The notes: a model not told the origin generated them from the sequence alone. Numbered from the stretch's first letter, positions 45,589-60,683 are shown. The stretch is DNA of 64,000 bases from the human T2T-CHM13v2.0 reference genome, Homo sapiens (GCF_009914755.1 NC_060941.1), one strand, 5' to 3'. Translations and numbers: made by a program.

Positions 45589-47387
45589 AACCTGCTATTT
45601 TTTTCTGCCATTTTTATTAAGTCCTCACATCAATCCTGTGAGAGGTTGAGTAATAATAATGATACTAGTTGAATTTATATGCCAGGCACTATTGCAGAGA
45701 CTTTATTAATCCATTTAATTCTCATGCAGCCCTATGAGGAGAGTACTAGTATGAGCTCATTTTGTAAATGAGGAAACGGAGGCACAGATGGATGTCCAGG
45801 AGCCATACCCAGGCAACCTGGCTGTAGAACTGGGCCCTTCACCACTGTGCCATGCTGTGGGGGTACCTCAGGGGATGGCCCCTCTGCTATGCGACAGGAG
45901 ATGGGCTCGGAGAGGTCAGCGGGCTGTGCTGAGGGAACCATAGCCAGAGGCCCAGTACTTTGAAGTTCTGCGTTCCTGGGCCTAGGTGATTTGCCTTGCC
46001 CCATCATGTTATACCAGTGTGTGACACTGTCTTGTATCTTTTGATCTGACCCCTCAGGCCATCTTTTCAGATGGTTCTGGAGTTACTCAACCCCAGTGAG
46101 GCAACAGAGTAAATGCCAAGGTTGTATGGTGGTTGGGAATTGGGACAGGGTGGGGAGAAAGTGTCTTCCCTGTCTACGGTTATTTTCCAATAGAATTTGA
46201 GCCTGGCCACCGGGATTTCAGACTGGAGTTAGCGCTGGGGGCCAAAACCCAGGAGCATAGAACTTTAAGTCGACCCTGATTTATTTATCGATTATCTCCC
46301 TTCAATAAAACTTCTGTGTTTTTGTGTTCAGGTCACAGTGGCAGAGGGAACCCTGCCCCTCCTCGTGGGATGGGCGAGGAGCTTGTAAATGATATGTCAG
46401 TGTGTGTTTCAGTTAAAATGAGTTTCTCTGCTTTCTGGCTGTCCCTCCTTGCTAACGCTCGCCAGAGAAATATTCCGTGGAGGTGTTAAAACAAGACTAG
46501 TGGAAAGAAATGGTAACTTAAAAAGAAAGAAAATCCATGGCAGTGAAGAACAGATTTCATATTAGTACTGTCATAATATTCTCTAATGTATCATATAAAT
46601 AAAAATCTGTTTAGACCAGAATTTTAATAAGTCACCAAAGGAAGGTTTTGAATCCTACAGTTTATGTATCCCCCTTTGCGATGTAAATGTTCACATCTCA
46701 AGTGAAGTAGAGTGGGGAGACGCTTCGGAGACTAGAGGCTGTTAATTAGTGAGGTATATTTTGATCAGGGCAAGAAGACTGGTTCATTCTATATCTTCGT
46801 ATTTCTCTGGATGATTATTTCATTTTGTAAAATATGTAAGAGTTCCCCCCCAGCCCCTTATCTTTTTAAAAATTAAAATGGTCATGCTCTTCTAAAAAGA
46901 TGACTTAATTTGAAGGCTTTGGAGACATGAGGATGATGGGGATCCATCACTCCCTGTTCTTTGCTCCCTTTGGACTGGAGTGTTGGCTGTCTGGAAGAGT
47001 TTTGCTTGAGCTCGTGGGTTATTTTCTTCTATGTGGAGGAACCAAGAGACTCTTTAGCATCTTTCAGCAAGAGCGAGGTCTGGGTGTACTCACCATCTGT
47101 CTTAATTATCCTTGTGTATAAGAAAACATTCCCATCTTTTCCCAATTGCCATTTCCTTCCTTAACTTTTAGAGGCCAGAACCTCATCTGTTGATGCAGGG
47201 AGATCTCACTTCTTTAACCTATTTCTAGTTGCCTTCAGTCACAGCGGGGTGGCCAGGGGCGAGTCACTTAAGCCTCCCCAAGGCTCAGTTTCCTCCTTTG
47301 TAAAAGAGGGAGAATTATAGTACTCACTGCCTGCAGTTAGTTGTTTGGAGGATAAATGCAAAATTCTTCACTGGGAGTCTGGCATAA

Positions 47388-47779
<392 letters not shown>

Positions 47780-49632
47780 TGACTGAAGGAAAATCTTAAT
47801 TGGAATGTAAGCTCCCTGAGGGCAGGGAACTGTTGGTGGCTGCTGTTTGGTAACTAAATGAACGAACTGAGTCCAGCCTGCTTTTTTCACCGTGGAGGTA
47901 GCTGCTACCCAGTAAAGTTACGTTGGTTGCTTCAGATCCACACTTAGGTTGTAGCAGGGCTGAGCTAGCAGTCAGGTTTTCCTGTTCCTGTCTTGTCCTC
48001 TGACGTGGCTTCAGGGCCCTGGAAGGTTCTCTGCTAAGCACGCATCCAGATGGGTGCAATGGCAGCCCGAGCGTGTACACGCACACCTCCTGTTCTGGGG
48101 GAGTGGTTTCTTGGCAGCTTCTCAAGGGCGAAGGGTGAGTTTTCGGCATCTGGCCTTCCCTTGCTGCTGTGGGTCGGGTCATTCTAGCATCTTGCCATCT
48201 TGGATGATCTGCAGCTGTCATCTCGGCAGCCACCATGAACTGGCCTGCCAGTGGGTTTTCTCGTTCCCAGCGAGGATGTGGTGGTGTGTCTGCAGCCCTT
48301 TTCCACAGCAGCGAGGACCTGGGAGGATTAGTGGCTTAGCTTCTTTCTTGTCGGTGAGCACCGCTCCTTCCTATGTTCCAAGTCAGTAGCAGGTGTCAGC
48401 TTAAGGAGGAGGGGCACCTTGTCCTACAAATGTCCTTTCCCTGGATTTTGCCGTTCCTCACATGCTTTCGTTTCATTGTTGAGGTCAGTCTCCTAGGACT
48501 ATGAAGCTCCTGTGTTCTTTGTCAGATGATTTTTGGCAGACAGGTGAGCCTCCTCTGCTGCCCGGGAAGGGAGGAGAAGGCAGTCTCGGAGGAACCAGCT
48601 GACCATCTCAGGTGCCGCTTGGGGCAGCGTCCATTCTTTGTGTCCTATTTTGTATTTTTAAACCCGGACAATCTTCGGCCGAAAACCCCGAGAACACACA
48701 GGGGAGATGTAGTTCATCATCTCTCTCTTCCCGTTTGATCTAGTGTGTTCATTTAACAAGAGCTGGGTTAATCCTTGTTCATTGCCAACTGTATGCGTGC
48801 ACCCACTTTTGGAGGGATTCAGGAAATACTCGGTGCTTCCTGATGTGCATGGAACACAGTCTCGACGTCTTAGCTTGGTGCTTAATTAAGGTCCTTCAAA
48901 ATCTGTACCAGGGTCTTTTCCACCTTATCTCTCAATTCTTCTAGTTTTTGCTGCCTTGAAACTGAATGCTCACCCTTCTTTGAGAAACCTGTCCTTTTGC
49001 AGATTTCCCTCTCTGCACTGCCCTTCCCTTCTCTGTACACAACAGACCCTCTTTGAAAGCCCAGCTTCATCATTATCTTTTCCACGAAGCTGTCCCTGCC
49101 CCTTTGTGGAAACAGTCATACTTCTTTGGATTTCCACAGCACTTACCTTTTCTTTGGTTAAGCCCCTTCCAACAATAATAAATTAGCAGAAACTTGTGGA
49201 GCACATACATCTGTTGCATGTTGTGCTAGACATTCACTCATTCATTTATTCACCAAACAAGCACCGACCGTTTGCCAGATACTGTGCAAAATTCGGGGGA
49301 TAGTGTGGAGAATATGACAAAGTTCCTGCTGTCACCAAACTTTTGCTCTAGTGGGGCAAATAAGCAGTGAGCAAACAGATAAGTTTATGACATGCTCTCA
49401 GGTGTGATCACCAAAGCCAGGGAGGAGCGATGGCGGGAGTGGGGTGGACCATATCTATGGTACAGTCAGTTGCCACTTTCAGTAGTTCAGAAATTATTTA
49501 CCAAGTTTCTGCTCAGCACCGGGGATTGCGTTAGGTACTTTGTTCTGAGTTTTATGGTATTTAGGTTCATGCCTTATCTTCTCCATTGGACACAAGCATA
49601 TTTTACTAATAATTAAAAAAAAAAAAAACCCA

Positions 49633-49938
49633 GCCAGGTGCGGTGGCTCATGCCTGTAATCCCAACACTTTGGGAGGCCGAGGCGGGTGGGTCACGAGGT
49701 CAGGAGTTCAAGATCAGCCTGGCCAAGATGGTGAAACCCCGTCTCTACTAAAAATACAAAAATTAGCCAGGCATGGTGGCGGGCACCTGTAATCCCAGCT
49801 ACTCGGGAGGCTGAGGCAGAGAATTGCTTGAATCTGGGAGGCGGAGGTTGCAGTGAGCCGAGATTGCGCCACTGCACTCCAGCCTAGGTAACAGAGCGAG
49901 ACTCCATCTCAAACAAACAAACAAACAAACAAACAAAA
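49633..49938 (+). mobile_element. AluSg-like with (AAAC)n tail
   Basis: ggtcacgaggtcaggagttc diagnostic. Confidence 0.9.
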
Positions 49939-52900
49939 AACACCCCATCCTTAGCCCTTACTTCTGCACTTTTGTACATCGTGGACTTCCATTTAGGTAG
50001 AGCGAATGAAAAATGCCAGAAGAAACACAGTTCTTGTCTTTAAGAACATCATTAGCTCCAGGTTGGGAGGAGGGGGTGACCTGTGATACTGGAAAGGGTG
50101 GGATAAGCACAGTAGAAGAGGTAGGAACAGCATTTTGAGGAAGGGCAATCTAAGCTTCTAGGAAGAGGTGGTCTTTGCCCCAGGTCTTGAAGATCAGATA
50201 GGAAGGAATAATGGCAGGAATGCTGTTCTTCCTTCCGGCTAGGCACTAGGAAAGGTCAGGGTGTGCAGGTGTTGCAAAGGGTATGTGCTGCAGAGTGGCC
50301 TGGCATGAGGCTTGCAAAGTAGGTTGGAGCCAGTTTGTAGAAGGCCTCAAGGGCCCAATAAGGCAAACTGACAGGTGCTGTGGGGAACCTGTTGTGTGTC
50401 TGTGCGGGTGTATGGGGATGCCCTGTGGAATGTTCTGAGCTCATTCAGACCCATATAGAAGCTGGGGTCACTGATAGGACCATGGCGGATGCTGTTGCCT
50501 GGAGAACTTCCAACCTGGGCTTGTGGCTTAAGCTTAATGCAGGCTATGTTCTCTCTGGCCAGAGTCTCTCTTGCCATAGACTCTTCTTCTTCAGGAGTGA
50601 TGCTCTTAGCAGATGCCACCTCTACCTTTGGGGTGTGTGGCTGCTTACAAAGAGCTCTCTCATTCTCTTGTTTCTACCTTCTGTTCTCTCCTCTTTTCCT
50701 CCTTAACAAGGGACCATGATATAGATACAATTCCAAAGTCCTGTACTTTGTCCTTGTTTAAGCCGTGATCGTGACCTCACCATGTGTAGACAGTGAGATG
50801 TCATTTCTCAATGTGGACATCACAGATTGCCTGTATAACCCCAGTGTGTGTCCCGTGGCTCAGAGCAGTCTGACCTGTGACTTCATAGATGGTATCTGCT
50901 TGGGGTCGCCTTTGGCTGAGTGTCTGCTTGGTGAAGAATATGCATTTTTGGAATCATGATCTCTGCTTTCCGTGTGGTGTGAAGTGCGCAGGTGTGGTCT
51001 TGGGGCTGAGCACCCTGTGGTATGTTGTAGCAGCAGCCTCACTTGGTCGGTCCAGCTGGGACAGTTGTCCCACTGGGTCCAGAGTAGGATAAGATATTTT
51101 CCATTCTCCCTTCTTTTGAAGATAGCACCAGGCTTCCAACCATCTGGAATGTTAGCCTTAGGGTGGATGCCTGGCTGCTATCTTGCTTTATTTTAGCTGT
51201 GAGATTTTGAATAGTTAAAAAGAAAAATCCTAATTCAGAATAATGACTGTCATTTATTGTGAGTTTATATGTTATAGGCATAGTACCGAGACTATACACT
51301 TAGTCTTCTTTAATCCTTACAACAATCCTTTGAAATAGTTGGTATTATCTCCGTTTGACAGTGGGTAAACTGGGGCCTGAGAGGGCAGACAGCTTTCTAG
51401 AACCATAGAACTAGTAAGGTTCAGGGTTGGCCTTTGGACCAAAGTCTCTCTGAATCCCAAGGCTTTGTTCTCCTCTCTGCTAAGCCTTGCTGCATCCAAC
51501 ATGAGTGGGCAGAGTTGAGGTTGCCACTTTGCCTGATGGCTATAAAATGCTCAGGCTGAGGAATAGAATTTGTGATAGTCTAGCTGGAAAGCTTCAGGTT
51601 AATTTTTGTTACCTGTTTTCTGAGAGCTTGTTTAGCATAGGTAAGTGCCACTTACCAGCTATGGCATTTTAGACAAGTCACTTAGTGGTTTTGCACCTCC
51701 ACTTGTACCTGTTAAATGGGATAGCAACCGTCCCTCCATTGTAGAATTGCTAAGGGTAAGATGGACTGAGCTACTGCATATGAATGGCCTAGGGTGATAG
51801 CTGCATGTTGTGGGTACAGTATAAGCATTCATCATCTGTTACTGTCCCCGAAAAATGTCCCTGCCCCCATCATCAGGGGACCTTATAACCGAGCAGCTCG
51901 TGGGTTGATTAGCACTGTTGCTCCTTTCTAGGGTGAGGGATAGAACAGCACATTGAGATTGGAAAATTCTGTGTCAGTGGCTTGGCCTGCTCATGAGGTC
52001 CTGGCTCTCGAGGCGAGATAGCATGCAGCCTTTATCTTGGGGATGCTTGATGGGCATTAGGAATTCATTTCCTTTTCCGTATCTGATGCCTGTGTTTTTG
52101 CTGCCTCTGAGAGTAAAGTCCCGGGGAGCAGCTAGGGAACAGCTGAGACACTGCTGTGTGAGAGGTCTCCCCATGAGTCTTCTCTCTCCCTGTACTGGTC
52201 TTTATCTGCCCGGGGGTAGCTCTACCAATGACTGATCTGAAAGCATCACATTCATTTATTTGTCACTGGCTGTGACAGGCAAGTTAATGCTAATGGATTC
52301 TTTTTTTAGCCTGTTGTCTGGGATGAGTTTCTCTCAAACGTCCTGAAATCTAAGGCATTAGGAGAATGTGTAACTTTTATGGCAGGGGAGGATTTATAAA
52401 ATAAATAGGGTTTTGTGTGCAAGGACCTTAAATTTAGGTTAGGGGTATGAGCAGCCAAGGAGCGGGGGTGTCGGGCAAGCACAGAGTCTTCTTTTTAAGA
52501 AATCCATTCAAGAGCTCTAAATTGCTGTTTCTGTTTCAATTATGTGACAATTTCAAGGGTTTAGAAAAATCTAATAAAATGGTCTTGATGATGCATTCTG
52601 GGGAGAGAGTGCTTCAGAAGATCTAGGAGAATAAATTCCTTGGGGGTCAAGAGATTCTCGTTCCTGCCACCTTGGGCCTTCCTTCATCTGGGTTTTTACA
52701 TTTTTATTGTTTTGAAGGGCAGAAAATGGTGTAGGAATGTATTCAGGGCTTCATCCATACCCTCCACCGAAATGAATTATTCTCTTTTGGCAATTGCAAA
52801 ATAGACGGGCCACTGCAATCTTTTTTTTTTTTTTTTTTTTTTTAAGCTGACATATTGTAAACGACTTTCAGACCATGATTTGTGTGTGTAGTGATGTTGA

Positions 52901-55349
52901 ATAAAGCACCAAAGAAAAGAAACTGAAGGAGGGGAAAGAGTGAGGAGGGAGGCGCTATAAAAGTTTTTTTCTTTTCTGCCATCAAAGCTTTTGATAGTTT
53001 CCTAAAGCACAGAAGTTTACAATGGAAGCGGGCTTTTGGGCCGCCTAGGGGAACAGAGTGCAGAAAGACCTAGTGTAGCAAAATGTGATGCTGAGTGACA
53101 TTAATGAGGTGACCGCTCTGGTGGGAGGGAGGCAAGGAACCAGCCAAGTAGCAGTTCCCATGACTTGCTCTCAGCTGAGTGTTTCCTTCTGCATGCTTGC
53201 ATGGGCGCCTGTGTGTGTTTGTGCATGCACACGTTGTGTTTCCTAAGTCTTCAGATGGAATTTTTAACAACAAACCCTGTTTGGTTTACTGTGGTGTTCT
53301 CCACCCTAAAGAGGCCGTGAATGTTGAGTTTTGTCCTTTATTCCCACCTGCTGAAAAGTAAAGTTTTCAACTTAGCGGCATTTTGTTTTTACTTTCTGGA
53401 TACCTGCCGGAGCCTGGCTGGGCGGCGTGTCAGGCCAACATCACAGAGCTGGGCACTGTTGGAACACCAAACCAAGAGTGTGAAAAGTCAATATTCTCAT
53501 TTCTGAAATGAATTCCAGGGAGAGGGGAAAAGAAAACCTGTTGGTGTACAGATCCCGCCCCTCCAAAGGCCCTAGATCGATAACACTTCATATTGGTGGC
53601 ATAATTAAACATGGCAACAACTGCTTCTTAAATATTTCAGTGTCTTGGAAAGTAATCCGTATTTCCATGTTGCTCTTGTGCAAGAATTTCCACTCACTCA
53701 AGAACAAGAAAAGCTGCAACCTTGGGGGTAGAAGAAGGTGAGAAACCTAGGTCTTGCTGATTTCCTGGATAGGAGCTCGAGAGTACCTGGCTCAGTTGCG
53801 AACTAGTTTCAGAAAGGAAGCTCGTATTTTCATCCCATTCCTCGCCATGGCATTAGAGTGACCATTCTAAACAGTACTGGGCGAGTGTTCTGAAAAACTG
53901 CTGCGACATCTTAAGAAAAATAGCCAGATAGGGCCTGGTGTATAGTGGAGTGGGTGGAAACACAGTGTGTATTTACTGATACACTCTATTTTTTAAATCC
54001 CTTTCAACTCAGTTCCCTCTGGGATATCTCTCAAATGTGTCCTTTTTGTAGCTAGAGGCAAACAAGCAAAAAATGTTTCAACTTTCAGATATACTACTTA
54101 ATAAAAACTAACTAGTGGATTCATCATGTCTTCTACCTGGGGAAAAAGGATCAAATTAGGATGCTTGCACCTAGGAGAGAATTGGGTTGTGAATCTCCAC
54201 GAGATTGCTACATGTATATGTTTCCTCTTCTGTTTTCCAAAGAAGATAATTGGTTTTAGTAAGAACTTCTGACTTGATTAGGGGGCCCTTAGGAAATTAG
54301 AGTGTGTTTGAATTTCACAAGTATAATTTTAATTATACAAATTTTGCATTTTTTCACTAGGGAGCCAGGTTCAGAACTTGTTTTCCTGTACTAATAGGGG
54401 TAGTAAAGCTGATTATGGCAGAATGCTTTACTTAAATTGCTTTGAAAATAAAAATCCTTGGATTTGATCATTGTTTTTCCCTGCAGTACACGATGTTCAG
54501 GTTAATGTCCATACACGTCCCATATTCTTGTTAAAAATGATTTTTTTTTTTTTTTTTCTTTTACTGGATTCACACAACTGCAGAACAGACTGACATAGTG
54601 GGGATGTGGGTGGGGGGGGGGACCTCATTATGAATTTTTCTGCTGCACTTGCTGAAAGAATTCAATTAAAGTTCTTTTGAGCACAAGTCCTGCCTGGGCA
54701 GTTTGCGTTTGGCAGGCCATCGCCTTAGCATGTTGTGATTGCCTTTATTGCCACGTCATCCTGTTTGCTCAAAGCCTGTGCATTCACAGCATTAGCCCTC
54801 CAAGCGGCCCCTCTGCAGCATGACCCCAGTGGATTAGAGTAGAAGGTGCCGTGGAAACAGTCACCTGGGTCTTTCCCCAAGCTATAAAGAGACGGTGGAG
54901 TGAGGATGATCAGACCCCCTGGGCATCCCAAGAGAAGGACTGATTGTGTTCATGGGAAATAACTGTTTTTTTCAGGGCTATCCAGACAAAACCCCCAAGT
55001 GTCAGAGCGGGGGAACTGCTCTGAGAGTTTGAACTCAAGCATCCTCAAACATCTACCCCAGTGTGGGGCTCTAAAAAGCTTCCTAGAGACCTGCTCCTGG
55101 GGCCTTCTGGGCCTTGTCTCAGATATTGACAGGAGAGATTCAATAGAAGAATTCGTTCACAATAGAGAAATCATGAAACCAGCTTGTGAATGACGTGATG
55201 CCACATAGGCCGGGGCCTGAGAATATGGGAAAACAAAACTGCAAATAGAGGCTGGATCCTACTCACCCCCCATCACCCTGCATTTTACACATTGAAGTAA
55301 AATGTTATTTTTACTGTCGTTATTTTTATTACTTTCTCTCCAGGTGTTC

Positions 55350-55570
55350 TAGCTGAGCGTTTAAGAGCATGGACTCTGGAACCAGACTTTGAATCCTTGC
55401 TCTGCCACTGCAGCTGTGTGACCTTGAGCAAGCTATCTAAATATTCTGTGCCTTTGTTTTGTCATCTGTACAATGGAGATGATGATGGTATCACCTTCAT
55501 GGGGTTGTCATAAGGATTATGGGACTTAACATAATAAAGTGTTTAGAATGGTGTCTGCAACATAAGGAAG
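55350..55570 (+). mobile_element. MIR
   Basis: ttaagagcatggactctggaaccagac...tgtgaccttgagcaag...catctgtacaatgg core. Confidence 0.85.
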
Positions 55571-58010
55571 TGTATGGGTGTGTGAGTTGTGGGGTTGTTA
55601 GAAAGGAGCACGTCCTGTGGCAGGTTTGGGTAAGTGCTCCGTGCCTGCCTTACGTAGTAGTTGGAGAACGCTAAGTACTGCTGTCTTCTGCCTTACGTAT
55701 TTTTCCTTAAGTAATGTTTGAGAAATACAAAAGAAGACACACACACGTGGTTGTGCGTTTATGCATATAAATGTATGTGACACGGGTAGAATTGCAGTGT
55801 AATTTGGATTCAGACAAATTCATGTGCCATAACGAAGTGTGTGGTTTGTTGGCAGCACGGGCTTTGGACTCAGAGGGACCTAGTTTGAAACTTGATAACT
55901 GCCACTAACTCTGTGACTTTAGGAAGGTGTTCCAGCCTTTCTGGGTTTCAATTCTGTACTTAAAAAAAGGGGAATAGTAGGGTTGTGGGGATTAAATGAG
56001 CCAGTATAAATAAGGCACCAGGTGTATGATGAATACTGAGAAAATGTGAATTCTTTTCTCCATAAACAACAAAAGAAAAATTTTAAAGCCATCTCGAACA
56101 TGGGAAAGATACAAAGTGTTCTGTTCTTGCTGGTGATGAGAGTATCTGAAGTTAGTTGATAAGTCCTTAGAGGTCTGAGTAGAGAAAAGCAGGCCATAAA
56201 AGAGGGTGTTGTCATCCTTAATCCACATGCCAAAGGGCTGTTTTAGCAACTTCATTTCACAAAAGCCACATTTTCAAGGGCAGGGAAATCATTTCAGTTA
56301 GGAACCTTAGATGGTGTCCCCAGCCTTTGAAGATGCCTTTGTTCCTTTGACACTTGGTAGGAACTGGGAGCACAGGGCTGGATGGTCCAAGAGGAGAGAG
56401 TAACTTCAGAGACATGAAAGAGCCCCAGCTAGGAGGGAGCGAGGGAGAACCTTGGGATTGAGGGCAAGGGTTACTTTTTCATAGAAACTTTTGCTTGGGG
56501 ATATGGAATAGTAGGTTTTGATCTACAAACCCATGAGCCCTGTCCTGTGAGTGGGAAGAAGATTGGTAGAGCTCAGGAAATGAACACAGTTCCCAGCCAT
56601 TGGCCTGGGAGATGCTGACGCTCAGACCTATTGTCGGGGCTGGGAAAGCCCCCAGACCCCTTGGGGCATCCCCTGTATGTGGGTCCCTTTCACTTCATGT
56701 CCACTGGGTGGAATTTACCAGGTATTGCTGGGAACGGGGAACAAGATCATGATTATAAGTGGATCCTGGACAGGGGATGGAGTGCGTGTGAATGTTAGTG
56801 TGTAGAGGACGGAAAGGGAAGGAGAGAAGGGGTGGCCAGGAGGAGGGAAATAGCAGTAGATTACATTGACTAATTATAGGGAAAAAGCCATATTTGCTGC
56901 TCCATTAAGTGATCACTAGGCTATGAAGCAGTTTATTGTAATTAATGCAGAAACAGCAAGTAAGTGTTTGAGTTTGGAGTGGAGGGTCTTCAGGACCCCC
57001 TCCCTCCTTCAGTTCTCTGTGCTCACTGTCTCCCTCCCCTCCCTCAAATTCATTATCCTTGGAGAGAAAGAGTCTTGGGGGAGCATCTCTTTGGGAAGGG
57101 CTGTTTAGCACAGTCTTGGACCAGTTTTCTACTGGTTTATTTTGACAAAGAAGGAAGATCTTTTACCTGACCTCCTTCAGAAGATTCTGTAGGGGTTTTT
57201 ATGTTTTCTAAGGCTGAAGGAGGAGGGACAAACCCATGTCATCATTGCTATTCTTGCCACAATCATTTTAATTTCAGCACATGAAAGTGGCAGGTTACAC
57301 ATCCAAGTCCATCGAGTTATGGGCCGTGTGGAGTTGTGATTGCTTTCCTTGATGATTTCTTGTTCAAATCAGCAGTGCTCTTAATTTTCCAGATGAAGTA
57401 AAAAGAAAATTGGAGACTCCCCTCCCGCCTGGCGTCTCTTCATCCAAGGTTTTCTGAGCATGACTCTGATTTGGAGGGTTAATATTAATTAGGAGCCAGT
57501 TTAGACCTCAGTTGCTTGATGAGGTAGCTTCAACTGTTGTCACGAATGTGGCTCCTTTTTGCTTGTGCCTGCTTTTGGTGAAAGTTTCTGGGTTTAAAAG
57601 CCAAAGGAAGAAATATGCAGAGAAAGATAGAGGAGGGGACAATTACTAAAGAAGTGCAAAGCATTCTCTTAGAACTTGAGGGAGGAACAAGACCAGAGTG
57701 CCTGGGTGGGTGTGGGTTCTGAGCTACTGTGTTTCCCGGCGTGCTGCCGCTGCTGTTTGCCTCAGTTTCCTTTTTTGTAAGTAAAGGTCATCTCTCTAGC
57801 TTCCTAAAAGGGCCATGACTCATTTCCTTGGTTTCCAAATTGGGTGACGCTAGAATTTCTCTGAGGCAAGTCCCTGGTGAGTGCCAGGTAACGGAGGCGC
57901 CTCATTTTTGTGCCGAGGCTCAAGGTTTCCTGGCTCCCAAGTTTTCCCAGGGCTGACTCGGTCTCCTGGGGAACGGTGGCAGAAAGGATGAGACCAGAGA
58001 CAGTGAGTGA

Positions 58011-58435
<425 letters not shown>

Positions 58436-59001
58436 GGTTTTCTTTTTGACAGGGTGGTTTGGGTCGTGAGGGAGTATGGCAGACCATGGGTGTGAAAGTT
58501 CCAGTCCTAGCAGGAGAGACTTGACTTCTGTCTCTTGGTCTCTTAGCCCAATGCTGATGTGCTGAACATGACCTCAGGCACTTTGCCTTGCAGCTCCATG
58601 TTTCGATTTCCCCATCTGTAGACGGGAAGAATGAAGGCATGTGGTGGGAAGCAGTGCTGATTAGGGCTTAAGAGAAGAGGCTTAGGAGGCAGACAGTCTT
58701 AGGGTTTCTTTCTGGCATAATAGTTTCCTAGCTGCTTGACCTTGGGGAGTTCACTTAACTTTGTTAGTCCTCAATTTCCTGATATGTAAAATGGGATAAT
58801 ACCATATGAGCATCTACCTGACAGGATTGTTGTAATGTTTACAGGAGACAGTGTTCGTAAAGTACACCGCCTGGGAGGTGGCTAGCACATTATTCCTGGG
58901 GGCTACTTTTACTATTAACAGCTCCATAGTGATTTGACCAAAGGTTTCTGAGAGTTGAGCCAAGATGCGGACTAGATGGGACCACATTGAGAAAACATTT
59001 G

Positions 59002-59300
<299 letters not shown>

Positions 59301-59752
59301 CATTTGAGCTCCATAGATTGACATTCTGATTTGAACAGTTTCCCATAGAGGGAGAATTGCGGCGAAAGAGGCAAGGCCTGCCCACAATGCATGGTCTGGG
59401 ACTTAGCTGATGAAGTGCTCTGCACCACCCAGCTTCGAGGAGATGGGGACTGGGGTTTCCCCTTGCTTGACATCTTAACTACTTCACTGCAGGAAAGGGG
59501 AGGAGGGACAAGAGGAGGACCAATCCCCAAGGGACACGGAGACCCACATTAGGTTTTGGAACCCACGCCTGGTACTATCTGAATTTAAAAGCCTTGCTTG
59601 ACTCAGGCGGGGCTGATCAAAGGCCATTTGCTGTTTTAGAGTGTTCCTATGTGTGCTTGGCAGACAGAGTTGTCTTTTTATTGCTTCCATTCCCACTAAG
59701 ACCTCCATCCCCCCACTGCCCCCCCAACCCCTTGGTGAGCTTGGTGAGATGT

Positions 59753-59918
59753 GTTTTTTTTTCTTTTTTTAATTTTAAGTTCCAGGATACATGTGCAGGA
59801 TGTGCAGGTTTGTTACAAGGTAAATATGTGCCATGGTGGTTTGCTGCACCTATCAACCCATCACCTAGGTATTAAGCCCTGCATGCATTAGCTGTTTATC
59901 ATGATGCTGTCCCTCCTG
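59753..59918 (-). mobile_element. Short 5'-truncated L1PA 3' end
   Basis: ttttaagttccaggatacatgtgcaggatgtgcaggtttgttac...acctaggtattaagccc; TSD about tgagatg. Confidence 0.88.
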
Positions 59919-60683
59919 ATGAGATGGTTTTAAGTTGGCACCAGCACCTGTTTCTCATGCCTTGCGTATGCAGCAGGAACTGTGAACTAGGGACAGGTTC
60001 ATGCCCTTTGGCCACTGCAGACGTGGAGCTGTGGACGCCAGTACTTGTGTGGAGAGTCGGTGTCTGTTGGCTGTATCTCAGCTTTCTTTTCAGGGCAGAC
60101 CTGATACAGGTGTTCTAGGTGGGAAAAGCCTTAGCACTTGTTGTGAACTATTATATTGTTACTCTCTGGAAGGGAAGGTGGAAAGGGGAATCTATGCCAG
60201 TGAGCACAACACAGGCCGCATATGGACACACATGAGGTCGCTCGGCATGCTCTTAGGCCCAGAGGAGACAGAATCAGATACTAGCCTATCCTCTGGCTGC
60301 TCCCAGGCTAGCAGGGAGGTAGGTGTCTAAACCAGGATGTGAGCTAGAGGGGACTATAGCCGTGCACAGGAGGGGCACAGAGGACGGAGCAAGCAGGGCA
60401 GGCTTCACGGAGGAGGGCTTGTGAGCTGAATCTTGAGAGAGAGGAGATCCTCCAAGTTGAGGGAACTGTGGGAGCAGTTAGACAGCTTGGATTTTGGGGG
60501 GTGTAGCACATTGCTCCTTATGGGCTGGGGTGTAATGTGCAGAGGAGGGCAGAGGGAAGATTGATTTGCTCATTATGCAACAAATGTCTGGAGCTCCAGT
60601 CCTGAACCAGGCCCAAAGCTGGGGAATAGCAACTCAGTCCCTGCCCTTGTGGAGTCTGTGGCTGGCAGGGGCATGTTCATTAA

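Noticed and set aside
50740-50959. Possible exon or small Cys-rich ORF (MSFLNVDITDCLYNPSVC...)
   Set aside because: Weak AAG acceptor, immediate stop in the MSI2 frame, no good donor and no recognisable protein.
51625-51646. AG|GTAAGT as a recursive splice site
   Set aside because: Poor pyrimidine tract with nearby upstream AGs, next to a MIR.
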